Shown here: piece after piece, positions 13,855 to 28,522 of the stretch
Position numbering within the stretch: position 1 is the first letter of the stretch
How the letters are laid out: each line of letters opens with the position of its first letter
NCBI RefSeq assembly: GCF_026210795.1
Contig: NC_089430.1
Location: 4,464,001 to 4,528,000 of the forward strand
Source: Rhizophagus irregularis
Taxonomy: Eukaryota
Length of the DNA: 64,000 nt
Reading direction: 5' to 3'
Made by a program: the position numbers and the translations under genes
The notes under the pieces: generated by a model
The model's input: the letters and a program-made list of their open reading frames with translations, nothing else
Told to the model about the DNA's origin: nothing
Databases searched by the model: none

Positions 13855-14020
13855 CCATAAGTATACTAATTTTAACATGTTGAACAGTATCATCTAATTT
13901 AAGTTGACCCTCGTCTATATCTTCAACATTCCAAGGTTTACCGTTATGTGGTTTATCAATATTTTATCACCGTCGATTTTATCAACGTTTTTACCAACAT
14001 CGATATTTACGGAAATGTCT
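13855..14020 (-). pseudogene. Short relic exon (DKPHNGKPWNVEDIDEGQLKLD) resembling the N-terminus of Glomeromycotina ion-transport-domain proteins
   Basis: Frameshifted fragment bounded by AG and GTAAGT. Family assignment rests on recalled motif similarity only. Confidence 0.3.
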
Positions 14021-15172
14021 ATTTGATAATTACTTATAAATTTAATACAAAATAAACTATCGTGTAAATATGGCTGTATGTAAAATTTCGCCCCTTGTAT
14101 AAAAAAAAAATTTATTTTATTATGAAAAAGTTAATCGAAAATTTCTCAACGTGAAAAAAAAAAAAAATTTTTTCATTATGAAAAGTTAATCAAATAATGG
14201 ACGTACATAATTGTATTTTTTTTGTTGTGGTGAATTAATTTTTGTGCATCAAATAATAAGGGGACAATTTTTACAAATCTAGTATTATTATTTACAAAAA
14301 TTAAATAAATTTACAAGTTTAGTTGAGTTGTGATTTTTTTTATTTTTCGCAAAGATGTAAGTAAGTATTTTATTGTAGTTTTAAGATAAAAAAGATAAAT
14401 AAACATGGTTTTTCCTAAAATTAATGTTTGTACCGTTTTTTTTTAAAAAAAAAAATTTTTTAATCTTTTCGTCGTGCACAAAAATTGATTGTCGTGTCGT
14501 TCCCATTTGAGAGATTATGTGTTGAGCTTTTGTTATCCAAAAAAGTTTTTTTGCAAACTTTGAATGGTATTGAAACGAATCTTCTGAGTAAAGATCATGG
14601 CTACCCTGACTTGTAGTTAAAAAATGTTGTTAGCATAGTGAGTATAACGATGATAATTTTAATACAAAAATGGTAAGATTGTCTTTTAATTGCTTTTTTA
14701 TAACTTTTCTGTTGATTTTTTTTCGTTTATATTAAAATAACATAACATGACATTGATGTAGTAACAACCCTAGCGTCGCCTGCAAAAAAAATAATAGTCG
14801 GACGGTTACATGTGACTTTGGAAAAATTATAACAAATATTTTATGGTGAATTTGGCGATACCAATAACTCGAAATAATTTAAAAATATAATTCCAATTAA
14901 TTAATTAATTATGAATTAAGAATTCCAACAACTTTCAAACTTTCAAGTAAAGATAAATGATCAATCATATAAGTCTAGTTTAATCAATTAAATTAGAATA
15001 CAATTATTATCATTAACTACTACTTATCAATTAACTATAAATTAAAAAAAGCAAAATTTTCAATTTAATTAAATAAAAAATTTTAGTTACTAAAAACTTA
15101 TAAAGTCCCATCCCTATTCACTACTAATATGTTTAATAAATCTAAATATATTTCTAAAAGATTTTTTTTTTT

Positions 15173-17361
15173 CTATCTGATTTTATTAATATCTCTTCTA
15201 ATTTCATTAATTATAACAGGATTAAACATTCTTTCCCGATTATGAAATGGTGTCGTAGGATTTCTCTTCTTTTGATAATCATTTTTAAAACATAAAGATG
15301 AAGCATCATTTGGTATAGTTTCATTCATTAAAATACTAGGTAGTTCTACTAATTGAAGAACCATACCAAGTTCTACATGCCATTCAATATGACAATGAAA
15401 AGCCCAAATACCAGGATTATCAGCGATGAAACGTATAACCAAATATCCAAAACCAGGAACGGTCACATTATCACGAATTACAGGATTTTTCTTATCATAT
15501 TTTTTTTCATCAGGATATTCATTTTTTTCACCAACAAACATTACGCCAAAAACGTGTCCGTGCATATGAAATGGATGTTCATCAGTATTATTATTCCATA
15601 AAGCAATTTCTACTATACCATTTTTATTATCAAAAATTAATGAATTTTGTTCTTTTGGTAATTCATCTGGTGGGATATGTCTTATAATTTTATTTATGGT
15701 TGGATCATTAAATTGTGGTATGAATGAACTATTATTCATTACAGCTTTTACTATTCCATCACCTTCTCTTTGAAATTTAACGGTAATATTGAAAAAATCA
15801 CTAACATTTCCATCATATTTTGTAACGGGTTGAAGAGTTTTCAAATGTTTTGGATCAGGATCACGACAAATTTTGAAATTTTCGGGAAATTCTTTTGATT
15901 TAGGTTTATCATTTTTTGATCCTTCATATTTAAGAATACCAAGACCATTCCAATCAATAGAAGAATTAAAATTAATTGTCGCATTATTAATTAGGACACA
16001 TCTTTTATCAATAGTTGCACGAATCCAATACTTTCCAATCGGTTGATCAGCATTAACAATTACAGAATAACGTTGTCCAACATTAATAGGTAATTTTTCA
16101 ATAATAGTTGGTTTAATATATATACCTTCTGATTCAATAAGTTTTAATTTATGTTCATCAATAGAGAATATGAAGAAAGCATCTGCTGCAGAATTGATTA
16201 TACGAAATCTATATTTTTTATTCTTTTTAACATTATAAACTGCCAATGGAGCATTTGGTTTGCATTTAGATCCATCTGGAGCCCCATTACAGTTATATCT
16301 ACCACGACCGCTCAAAAGTGGTGAATCAGGAACGGGTCGTTTACCAGTATAAGTTGGAGATATGAAATTTGGTAAGATTTCACCAGTTGTTCTTTATAAT
16401 TAATAAGTCAATCTTTTAATTAAATTATTTTTAATAAAATTTTCGAATTTTATAATTATGTATAATTCTTTTACCTATGATGCCAGTCAGATAATGTAAT
16501 GACATATTCATAATCATATTCTTTTAAATATGGATCATCTGGATCGTGGACACTTTTATTTATTAAATATACAATTAGCAATGTAGATGTATATAAAATT
16601 ATTATATTACTTATAATACTTAATTTACATTAATGCTCCTCGTAAACCATCAGCGTATTGTGCCATAAAATGAGAATGATACCAAAAGGTACCGTGTTGG
16701 TCTCCAGTAGTAAAATTGTAAATAAATGAAACATCATTTGGAATTGGACATTGAGTCTAATATTATTATTGAATAAAGTTCATTTTTGATTAAGGTATAA
16801 AAAAAAACAAGCATTAAAAAAAAAATAATCGTAAATTTACTTACTTGTCCTGGAACTCCATCGTACCAATTTGTACCATGTTGGAACACACCATGCCAAT
16901 GGACGGCTAAAAATTAAAAAGAAGTAAAATGAATCTAATATTTAAAAGTTTTTTTTTAAAAAAAAAAAAATTTAAATACCTGCTGGATCACCAAATTTGT
17001 TTTCAACATTTATGATCATCCTATCTCCTTTATTTGCACGAATAATTGGAGCAGGATATTGACCATTTACACTCCAAACAGTTCTTTCAAAACCATCAGG
17101 AGATAATTTAACTTTTTTTAATGTCAATTGATAATAACGAGTTACTGGTTTATTAGTAAAAGGTAAATGTACAAAAGGTTTAAAATAATCGGTTTGAATA
17201 ATTTTAAACGGTTCATGACGCTTTTGAATTTCATTAGTATAGGCTCTCAAATGAAGATGTTCATCATTATCAACATTATGAATTCTTGCTGGAATGGCCG
17301 ATGAACAAATTACAAATAATGAGATAAAAAGGATCGAAACCTTCTTGAGATTTAATTTCAT
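15173..17361 (-). CDS. Secreted multicopper oxidase (laccase-like, AA1), 5 exons
   Basis: Signal peptide [22 protein letters not shown]. All four copper motifs present after splicing: [29 protein letters not shown] (axial Met). Confidence 0.93.
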
Positions 17362-18502
17362 TATTTTATAATACATAATAATATTATTTACGTACGTTAC
17401 TTTTGACAAAAAAAAAATCAAAAGGTAAGGGACGAAAAATGGATTATTCTTAATGTCTTTATATATTTATTTTTTTCAAGAATTACAATTGTTTAAATTT
17501 CCATTTTTGTTTAGTCGCTTATTACGTATGTTACATATTTCTTCGAATTTATAGCAAAAAAAAATGGGTCATTTTAATTCCGAAATTAGTTAAATTCGAA
17601 AGAATCAATTTTTTAAATTGGTATAATTTATTTGATGTATCGACAATTTAATGTACAATGTTTCTTTTAGTCATATGTTATGAAAAAGGAAAAGGAACAG
17701 AAAAGAATTTAGAAAAAACCTTTTATTGGTAATGTGTTGAATGTAATCGGTGTATATAAAAATTTTACTAAACTAAAAACAAAAAACTTTAATGAAAATA
17801 CATGCCCAATAATTATCGGTTCCGAATATTACTGATCATCGATTCTATCCCATTATATCTTAGAATGACGATCAATGACGATCAAAAAAAGAAAAAAATT
17901 TTTTGTGTAAAAATGAATTGAATGTATGTTGCCAATTTATTAAAAAATAAAAAAAAACGAAAAAGAATGAAAAACAGTACGATAAACAGTACGAAAACTG
18001 TAGTTAATCAAGTTTGAGAAATAGTTGATTTTTTTTTTGTAATTGTAACGATTACTGATTAAAAAAAAAAGATTATATTAAATTTTTAGCCATAAAGTTT
18101 GATAAAAAGTTTAAAATCGTGATTTGGTTAATACCTTTTTTGTATATATATAAAGAAACAAAGATAATAAATGATGTCAATACAAAAAAATTTTATTCTT
18201 TTTTTTATATCTGGTACGATATGATGATTTGATACTGCCCATCCGGATATCCGTTATCCGTTTATCCGGATATCCAGCTAATTTATCCGGATATTACCCG
18301 AATATTCGTATATTTTGCAGGTTAATTCAGGCCAAATTTATAATTCCGACCAGGATTACGCCTTGGTAAGATGATCTAAAAATTCTATAAATCAAAAAAA
18401 AGTTTTACTTGCATTGAAGAAAAAAAAATAACTGAATTCTTTGTTCCAAACATTAGTATTTATCCTTTCATTGATATTTTCATTAATGACTACACTAACG
18501 AA

Positions 18503-18680
18503 ACCTGACAAAAATGTCACAAATTGGCCGGCATTAAGAAATTAAGAAATTAACTATGTGTCAAATAATTATTTATTTATTTATTTATTTTATGTGAAGC
18601 AATGATTTCACACCTCGAAAAGTGTGGCGTATGTGACAAAACAGTCACGTGATTTTTCGTGAGGTACGAGGTACGCTAGG
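18503..18680. mobile_element. Decayed copy of the MITE at 29233-29475
   Basis: Shares CCTGA-AAAATGTCAC, TGGCCGGCATTA, AAGTGTGGCG and GTCACGTGATTTTTCGTGA in the same order and orientation. Confidence 0.65.
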
Positions 18681-18684
18681 TAAA

Positions 18685-21600
18685 TCAATTTAGAAATTTT
18701 ATTCATTACATAGAAAATGTTCATATAAAGTCATACATGCATCCTTATTTACAATATATTTTTCAGTCGATCTTTTTGGGATACTTTATTACTCACATGA
18801 TATTCATTATACCTTAAAAATTTTAAAAATGACTCTGTTTTTCATTCTTCCTCATTGTTACACCAATATCTAATGGTAGACATGTTCTAGATTAATAAAG
18901 AAAAATGTATAAATTACGATATATTGCAAATCATATTATAATATCAATAAGTGACATATTTATTAATTTTTTTTTCTTTTTTTGGTAAAAATAATTGATA
19001 CTATATGAATAATTCGTTTATCATATCTAAATCGGGCTACTTCTTGTAATATTGACACAAAATTATTGAAAAAAATGCAATATTAACAAAGTAGATGTAA
19101 TATAAATGCGAGATAATGTAAGAGCAAATTTTTTTATTTAAAAACCCACATATACATTAAATTTCCGAAAAACATAATTAATACATATTACTTTCTGCCA
19201 TAAAAGCATAATTAATTCATATTATTTACTTTTTGTTATTTTAATAATCAACATGAGCACATCTGAGTTGAAATACTTTGGTCAAGACAGTAAGTCTTGA
19301 ATTTGGCTTGTAATCTTCTTATTTAATTTATTTGTCAATCTTTAAATTATTTACTAATCTTTAAATTCAGTTCTCATTGCTTATTTAAAAGAAAGAAAAA
19401 ATAAATCCTACTGTGGATTTTTATATTTACATCATGATGACATGATTACTTTCTCATCATCATTCTCAAACTGGAAAAAGATGGATGATTATTGGTCATC
19501 CAAATTTTTAAGAGAAGCAGAAAGCCTTGGGCTGGATTTAAGTGAAAAGGTGCATGTATTTTATTTTGCAAAGTGAGGGTAACTCCATGATAATATATTT
19601 GATTTGGAGAATTACTGTCTTGTTTGCTTGGTAACACGCCATAGCCTTCATTTCAGGTGTCCGTTCAGTAAAGGTCTATTAGTTCCAGAAGAGGAACTGA
19701 CTATGTACCTTTCTTTATCATAAATGAAATGTTGTCACACTGCTAATATCTTATTTCTTGCAATAGGTAAAATCAGAGCATTTAGAAAAATGGGTGAAAA
19801 TATACTGGGAAGGAATTTTTAAAGAACATAAAATGGTGAATATAATATTACAAATTCTTGCACTATTGACTAGTATGGGAAATTGATTATAAACATTCAC
19901 TAAGCCATTTGATATATTTAATAACTTATAGATATCTAGTCCAATTTCTAATACATCTAGTCCAGCTTCTACTAGTAAAGTCACTTCTAACACGTCTAGT
20001 CCAGCTTCTAGTACTAGTAAAGTCCATAATTTAAGAAAGAGGCAAATCATAGATTATAATGAAAATCAGATGGCAAAAAAAAATGTAAATATTTATAAAT
20101 GTTTTTGCAAACAAAATTTATGAAAAGCTTTTACAATTAATATCTTTTTATTTTTTAATAATTTTTAATTCAGATAAGAAGACAATTCATCCAAACTGCA
20201 AATGATAAAGTCATCCAGCCCATTCAATCTAAAGCTGTCCAATCCACTCTATATGCAAATGATGAAGAGTTTATCTATAATAATGAAAATGAGAATGAGC
20301 AAGAAATTGATAACTTAACCAATTTTGATCTTATTTATCATAGCTTAGATCCAGCAAAAATGTGGACTCTTAAATCTTCTGGTCGCATTGTTGAAAAAGT
20401 AATTTATGAATATGCACAAAATTTACCATATGAATCATATTTACATTCATTTATTATTAATGACGTTGATAAAGAAGCAGAATCTTTATTTCAAAAAGAA
20501 GAGTGGGAGGAAATATTTTCTTTTAACTTGCAAAAAGTACCAAAAATTGATAAATCACTTACTGATCTTATGAAAAATTATTCTATTACTGACTTATCCT
20601 CATTTCAAAAAATCATTTTTGAACCTTTTTTACCTGCTGATACCTTATATTCCAATAAGGAACATTTTGATTTAAATTATATTCATCTTGCATACAGTAT
20701 AATACACACACTTTGGGAAAATGAAGATTTCACTTTAGATTCATCAAGATTAGAAGGATGGTATCAACATAATATATGGTGTCCCATAATTGATCCTGCA
20801 TTTCGTAATTCAAAGATCAATTTGGTACGAGGAGAAGGTATGAGTACAGCATCTAGTGATAGAAAAAATAATAAAAGTTGTAATGCAGATCGAAAAAAAA
20901 TTGGTAGAAAAGGTGATGGAATTTTTAGATTAAAGGGGGATAGATTAGAAATTGGTGGAATTGAAGCTGGAAGAAAATGGGAGGGAAAAAATGGAAGAAA
21001 ATACCTTCGAGATAGTTTGAAATTAAGTAAAATGCTTAGGGATATGCTGGTACAACTTATAAAAGAATGTAATGGTGATGAACAAATTATTAGAAAATTA
21101 CAAACTGTTGGAATGTTGCATAGTGCTAACCGATTTCAACTTCTTACCATGGATATTCCAAATGGATATATATGTCGAATTAAACGTTTTGACATTCAGG
21201 AAGTTGCTGGACAGATAAATAACCCTCCATTAGCATTTGTAATAAAAGATATATTAAGGGCAAAGGCAATTATGACACGAACATTAGAATTAGTGCAAGA
21301 AAAGAAATCCAATCTTGATGATCTTGATGACTTTGATGATGATGGAAAAGAAGTTATTAGATCAGAACAATGTACAACTCATCAAGCAATTACTTTAAGT
21401 GAAACTCACAAAACTCCATCACGAATTTTCAAGCAATCACTTTAAGTAAAACTTACAAACTCCATTTAGATAATTTAAGAGTAGATCTTAGCTATTTTTT
21501 GTTTACAAAAAATTAATATAGCTTTCATATTTAAATCATTAAAAATTTAATATAGTATATGAATGCTCATTTTCTATGTTAATATTGATTTTAATATCAT

Positions 21601-21697
21601 TAACAACAAATTTATTTCTATAATGTGAATTAATATATATTTTTTCACAAAAATATTGCAGTATAAATAATGGTGATTCTTAAATTAGTTACATTTT
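18685..21697 (+). repeat. Left arm of a ~3 kb inverted duplication (right arm ~26221-29128)
   Basis: Promoter, introns, CDS and 3' flank align to the reverse complement of 26221-29128. Confidence 0.9.
19253..21445 (+). CDS. Multi-exon gene with helical N-terminus and C-terminal PD-(D/E)xK (restriction-endonuclease-fold)-like domain
   Basis: Five exons splice in frame from MSTSELKYFGQD to the 361 aa ORF. Motif GE...S...RK...GRKGDGIFR...EIGGIEAG...DSLKL fits a D...ExK-type nuclease core as in Crinkler-type REase domains (inferred). Confidence 0.7.
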
Positions 21698-23759
21698 ATT
21701 GCAATCATTTATATTACCTGATAAGTTATTTACAATTATTTATATTCAGTTGCCTAGTTATTTACAATATATTTTTGAGGTTGGCATTTACTCATATTTT
21801 ATAACTCAGCACAGCCCACACTTGAAAATTAACCTTAAAAGTCTAGCCTAACACAGATACAGACTAAAAAATTGTCCAGCTTAATTTTGGCCAGAATTAT
21901 CTTGATCTACTGAAAAATTATGTGCCGATCCAGACCTGGCAGATGAATTTTGAAAGAAAATTTACCAGGATTTGAGTAAGTCAGATCTCACTTTCTAAGA
22001 GCATTTTAAGCCACTCTTTTGTATTCAGAATCAAAGGTTAAATTTTTAGAATTGTACAGTATGTCAATAGTGATATAATTTCTGATATATTCCATCAAAA
22101 TTATAAGAATTTTGGGTTAATGTATATCAGAAAATTGTACATAAAAATGATAAAATTTAAGTTTTACTTCAGCTTCAGCAATAAACTATATGTGACTATT
22201 CATTTTTTTAACTATATTATTAATGATGCATTTTTTTAACTATATTCATCTTTTTTAGCTATTTTTAAATGATATATTATCAATATAAAGTATAAACTGA
22301 AATTATATCACTAGTAAAAATTAATCTACTTTTATAATATATCAGAAATATTTTTATATTACAATTTTTTGTAAAATACTTGTTACTAAAGTTTTGCATA
22401 TCAAAAGGTATCCAAACTAAAAGTGAAATATCAAAACATTAGTATTTTTTTCTCTCATTTAACCATAAAGGAAACTCTTAGTTACACTGTAAGTAACGTA
22501 AATAGAGTGCAAAACTGAAATGCTGCGCCATCATTCTCTACTTCTTATATATTGATACTTTTTTTTTATATATATTTGAATTAAATTTTTTTTATTTACA
22601 AATTTGATAGGCTGGATTACATCTTCCACAGTTCCACGTGAAATGTAACAACGTGATAAATAATAATATTTTGTTAAAATAAAAAATTAAATAAAAAATT
22701 TAAAATGCTATATGCTAAGAAAAATTTGAAAGAATCTACTAAGAAAGACACAACAAAAAGAAAATAAATAAAACATTAGCTAAATTAAAATAAAAAAATG
22801 AGTGTTAAGGAAATCCAAAAAAAACCCTAAAACTAGCCATCCTAAAGATAAAAAGAAAATTAAATGTTTTGTTGAAATAAAAAAAATTAAAAGATTCTTA
22901 TGGGAAAGCTGAGTGCCAGAAAACCTGAAAGAATCTAAAAAATTAGCTGTTTGAAATCTCATGTATCCAAAGGCTTAGCTATCTAAAGAAAAAACGAAAA
23001 TTAAAGAAGCATTTGGTACATCTAGTATTTTGGAAAACTTAGAATGTTGATCCTGCTATTCATGTAAGGCTTTACTAAATGGGGCCTTAAAAAGGTTGGC
23101 AGGAAGTAAGTTGGTAGTGTGTTGGTTTAGAAAAGAGTAGTCTAGTTTTAGTTATTTCTTCATAGAGCTAGGGTATAGACTGATAAAAAATAAAAAAAAA
23201 ATAGTAAAGTAGCAGACTAGCAGGTGATATAGACAAAACTGTATAATTTAATAGTAATTATAGGACATATAGATTCCCATCTCTTTTTAATTACATCAAT
23301 AGTGTAATATAATTTAAATGTAATGTTACAGTATTTGGTTTTGAGTTGCATAAACAAACATATTGCAGCAAACAAAGCTTTTCAGATTTTAAAGGACAAT
23401 TTAGGGTTAACAAATGAATTATATAACTTAAAATTGTTCATCATCCCAGTAAAAAGTCATTGTATAAAATTTATATAGTTTTTGTTTAGTTTTTGTAATA
23501 ATTGTCTAACTTTCGTTTAGTATTTGTTAAATTTAAATACTTTTTGTTTTTTTTGTAAAATTAAACGTATAATTATTGTAAGATTTATTAAAATTTATGA
23601 CATTTAATAAATGAAAATTGTATGGTTTATTTTAGCATTAGAAATTTGTGCTTTATTTCTGAAATTCGGTAAACTTGGAATACTTAGCTTACTTTTAATA
23701 AATTTTTTTACACATCTTCTTTTGATATATTTTATTACACATCTTAATTATTAATTCAA

Positions 23760-24560
23760 TTATCCTTACTTTATGCATCTTCTTTCTTATATATCTTTCT
23801 CTTTCTATTTTATGCATCTTATTCTTCTCTTTTTTACATGTTTCTATCTTTTATAAGTATGTATCCTCCCTTTTTTACATATCTTGTTTACACGGCTTAA
23901 TTTATTCCTCCTATTTTTACGCATCTTGATATTTTCCTCTCTTTTCTGCGCGTCTTGATTTTATTCTTCCCTTTTTTCAGTTTTACTTGATTTATTCCTC
24001 TCTTTTTTTACACATTTTTCTTTTTACGTATCTTAATTTTATTATTTTATTTACACATTTATTTATTCTCTTTTTACGCGTTTTGATTTTATTTTACATT
24101 TGAATTTTTCCTCTCTTCTTGTTTTGTTATTTCCTTTTTATACATTCCTCTTTTTACGCGTCTTAATTTTATGTTACACTTGATTTTTTCCTCTCTTCTT
24201 GATTTTTTACGCGTCTTGATTTTATTTTACATTTTATTTTTCTTTTCTTGGTTCCATTCTTTCCTTTTTACACATCTCTCTTTTACGCGTCTTAATTTTA
24301 TTTTACACTTGATTCCTCTCTTCTTGATTTTATTCCCCTTTTTTTACGCGTCTTGATTTTATTTTACATTTGATTTTTTCCTTTCTTTTTGATTTTATTA
24401 TTTCCTTTTTACACATTTCTCTTTTTACGTGTCTTAATTTTGTTTTACACTTGATTTTTCCTCTCTTCTTGACTTTATTTCCCTTTTTTACGCGTCTTGA
24501 TTTTATTCCTCATTTTATCTATATTTTTTTTATATATTTTACATACCTATTTTTTTTATG
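23760..24560. repeat. Degenerate tandem array of TTTTACGCGTCTT(G/A)ATTTT motifs
   Basis: The motif and its TACAC/TGCGC/TACGT variants recur many times in a pyrimidine-rich strand. Confidence 0.8.
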
Positions 24561-24849
24561 TCTCATTTCATTCCTTCCATAATTTCTTCTTTTATATAAC
24601 ATGATATGGGTGAATAGTTAATATAAAATTTTCTTAAAAAATCAAGGTAAATGTCTAAATAGTTTACTTATAAATTAAGACAGGTTTTTATGTAAATTTT
24701 GTAAATTTTATTATTTTAATGTATTTTTGTTAATTATTATCAATCATATCGAAATCTTTTTTGACTAATAATATACCACCACATAAATCTCTATATTCTT
24801 TCAGCACCAAATAATCCACATTAGTAGACTTTCCTTAGAAGTATATGAC

Positions 24850-25170
24850 AAGCAAAAGAATTAGAATTAAGACAGTGTTCTAGCAACTAACCTTTTATAA
24901 CTGACCAAGTTCCTTTGATCAGTTGATTGGAGTTTGCAATGGTAAAGTGGGTATAAACCAAATTTTGTTCATATTTTTTAACAAACATGATAAATTCTGC
25001 TTTGCTAGAATATTCCAAAACATTAACTGAATTTGACTTTGTTTAGGTTGTAATACTGAGCCATCATGTTATGTCACTCCTTAATATTAGCACGGAGTTT
25101 ATCAAAAGGTCTTTAAATATTTCTACCATAAGATTACTGTGATAATCAACATGATTTGCTTGCAATATTG
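24850..25170 (-). pseudogene. Heavily decayed IS630/Tc1-like DDE transposase remnant
   Basis: Minus-strand fragments DYHSNLMVEIFKDLLIKL...MAQYY and GTWSVIKG*VA resemble the DYHxxM...MDNAxYH...PIExxWxxxKxxV pattern; many stops and frameshifts. Confidence 0.4.
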
Positions 25171-26453
25171 GAATTTCAAAATAACATCAGGAACATTATC
25201 CAGGCAACAGCAGTATTGGCGCATTTTATTCCCCTCAATTAAGATGGTTTAATTGATGGATTCTATAATAAAAGAGAATTGGAAATGATTTCGCTAGAGT
25301 TTATTAGAGTTGCTGTTACACATTATAACTCCTTGTGTAGTGGTAAGTCTTCTGTATTGTTGAATATCTAATAAAAATATGAATGTTAACAATCATCTTC
25401 TTTTCATTGCTTGTTAAGAAGTTTTAGTCATGTAATCATATTCCAAGTCATCCATGGAAAAAAGATATGTTAATAAAATTGAAGATAAACCTATTTATTT
25501 ACCTTCAGTTCTATATGATTTTATGTTCATATGACTTGATTGTTGACTTGTGTGTAATATTACCAATTTAGCTAACACTTTTATGTATTGACATTTTGCA
25601 CCGAAACATTTTATTGAAAAATTAGCTTTATTTTAATGCACAAGACCAAAAAACTGGTAAAGACTCCTTTTCATCAGTAAATTTCCCGCTCGCAAATACA
25701 AAGCAACATGAATAATTTTAAGCATTTAAACACATTACAATAATAAATAAATGTAAGTACTTTATTCTACTTAATTTTAATTATAATATTAATGTACTGT
25801 ATCATCATAGTGTATATTTACATATTCACATTTTTTTCTTTAGGATATCCGAATTTGAGATTTCTTTTTAGTAATATTTTTTAAATTAAATAGAAATTCA
25901 TTATGGTAAAATAAAAATGTAACTAACTTGCAATAAATAATACCTATTATGCGAATTTTAAAATACAAATAATACAAATTTACAAGTTTATAACAAATTT
26001 ATTATGAAAACCTTACAAGTTTATTACAAATTAATTACAAATATTGTACGAATGGATGCTCATAATTGTACTAAAATTGTAACATTACATTTTTTCTACG
26101 AAAATCCAACAATAACTTTTTACTGGGCATTAATACTCAAAGTGAATTACTGTAAATCAACTATGATATTTATGATATTTACTGCAACTGATGTAAAGAA
26201 TTTTTCAACTTTCTTAGTCAAAAATGTAACTAATTTAAGAATTACCATTATTTATACTGCAATACTTTTGATGATTTACTTGAAAAAATGTACACTACAA
26301 TATAAATGATACTATATTAATTCATATTATAGAAATAATTTTGTTGTTAATGATATTTAAATTTAATAAGATAGTTACTATATTAACATAGCAAAATGAG
26401 CATTCATGTATTATATTAAAATTTGTAATGATTTAAAATATGAAAGTAATTGT

Positions 26454-28522
26454 TTAATAAGTTGTATATTGTTCTGATCTATTAACTTCATTTCCATCAT
26501 TATCAAAGTCATCAAGATCATCAAGATTGGATTTCTTTTCTTGTACTAATTCTAATGTTTGTGTCATAATGGCTTTTGCCCTTAATATATCTTTTATTAC
26601 AAATGCTAATGGAGGGTTATTTATCTGGCCAGCAACTTCCTGAATGTCAAAACATTTAATTCGACATATATATCCATTTGGAATATCCATGGTAAGAAGT
26701 TGAAATTGATTAGCATTATGTAACATTCCAACAGTTTGTAATTTTCTAATAATTTGTTCATCACCATTACATTCTTTTACAAGTTGTACCAGCATATCTC
26801 TAAGCATTTTACTTAATTTCAAACAATCTTGAAGATATTTTCTTCCATTTTTTCCCTCCCATTTTCTCCCAGCTTCAATTCCTCCAATTTCTAATCTGTC
26901 CCCTTTTAATCTAAAAATTCCATCACAACTTTTATTATTTTTTCTATCATTAGATGCTGTGCATTTAATACCTTCTCCCCATACCAAATTGATCTTTGAA
27001 TTATGAAATGCTGAATCAATAAGGGGACTCCATATATTATATTGATACCATTCTTCTAATCTTGATAAATCTAAAGTGAAATCTTCATTTTCCCAAAGTG
27101 TGTGTATTATACTGTATGCAAGATGAATATAATTTAAATCAAAATGTTCCTTATTGGAATATAAGGTATTAGCAGGTAAAAAAGGTTCAAAAATGATTTT
27201 TTGAAATGAGGATAAGTCAGTAATAGAATACTTTTTCATAAGATCAGTAAGTGATTTATCAATTTTTGGTACTTTTTGCAAGTTAAAGGAAAATATTTCC
27301 TCCCACTCTTCTTTTTGAAATAAAGATTCTGCTTCTTTATCAACATCATTAATAATAAAGGAATGTAAACATGATTCATATGGTAAATTTTGTGCATATT
27401 TATAAATTACTTTTTCAACAATACGACCAGAAGATTTAAGAGTCCACATTTTTGCTGGGTCTAAGCTATGATAAATAAGATCAAAATTGGTTAAGTTATC
27501 AATTTCTTGCTCATTCTCATTTTCATTATTATAGATAAACTCTTCATCATTTGCATATAGAGTGGATTGATCAGCTTTAGATTGAATAGACTGGATGACT
27601 TTATCATCTGCAGATTGGATGAATTGTCTTCTTATCTGAATTAAAAATTATTAAAAAATGAAAAGATATTAATTGTAAAAGCCTTCTGTCAAATCATTTC
27701 ACATAAATTTTATGTGCAAAAACATTTAAAAAGCATTTAAAAATATTTACATTCTTTCTTGTCATCTGATTTTCATTATAATCTATGGTTTTCCTCTTTC
27801 TTAAATTATGGACTTCACTAGTAGAAGCTGGACTAAATGTGTTAAAAACTGGACTAGATATACCAATTGACTGTAAGTTGTTATATATTAAATGGCTTTA
27901 GTGAATATATAATCAATTACCATTGTCAATAGTGCAAGAATTTGTAATATTACATTCACCTTTTTATGTTCTTTAAAAATTCCTTCCCAGTATATTTTCA
28001 CCCATTTTTCTGAACGCTCTGATTTTACCTATTGCAAGAAATAAAATAAGATATTAGTAGTGTGACATCATTTTATTTAGAATAAAGAAGGTCATAGTTA
28101 ATTTCTCCTCCAAAATTAACAGACCTTTACCAACATGGGTGGTTATCAAGCAAACAAGACAGTAATTCTCCTAATCAGAACACATCCTCATAGAAGTAAT
28201 CCTAACCTTGCAAAATAAAAAATACATACCTTTTTTTTTAAATCCAGCCCAAGGCTCTCTGCTTCTCTTAGAAATTTGAATGCCCAATAATTATCCATAT
28301 TCTTCCAGTCTGAGAATGATGATGAGGAAGTGATCATGTCATCATAGTGTAAATTTAAAAACCCACGGTAGGATTTACTTTTTCGTTCTTTTAAATAAGC
28401 AATGAGAACTGAATTTAAAGATTAATAAATAATTTAAGATTAGCAAATAAACTAAATAAGATTACAAGTCAAATTCAAGACTTACTGTCTTGGCCAAAGT
28501 ATTTCAACTCAGAAGTGCTCAT
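26454..28522 (-). pseudogene. Inverted paralogue of the 19253-21445 nuclease-like gene, likely inactive
   Basis: Same exon layout, but in-frame loss of NADRKKIGRKG just before the putative catalytic Asp, several Arg-to-His/Gln/Cys/Trp changes and a truncated C-terminus. Confidence 0.7.

Noticed and set aside
18235..18310. ATCCGGATATCCG repeat cluster, possible hAT subterminal region
   Set aside because: No TIR pair or TSD found, so the element cannot be delimited.
24171..24582. Short Phe/Leu-rich ORFs resembling membrane proteins
   Set aside because: Translation artefacts of the T-rich tandem repeat.
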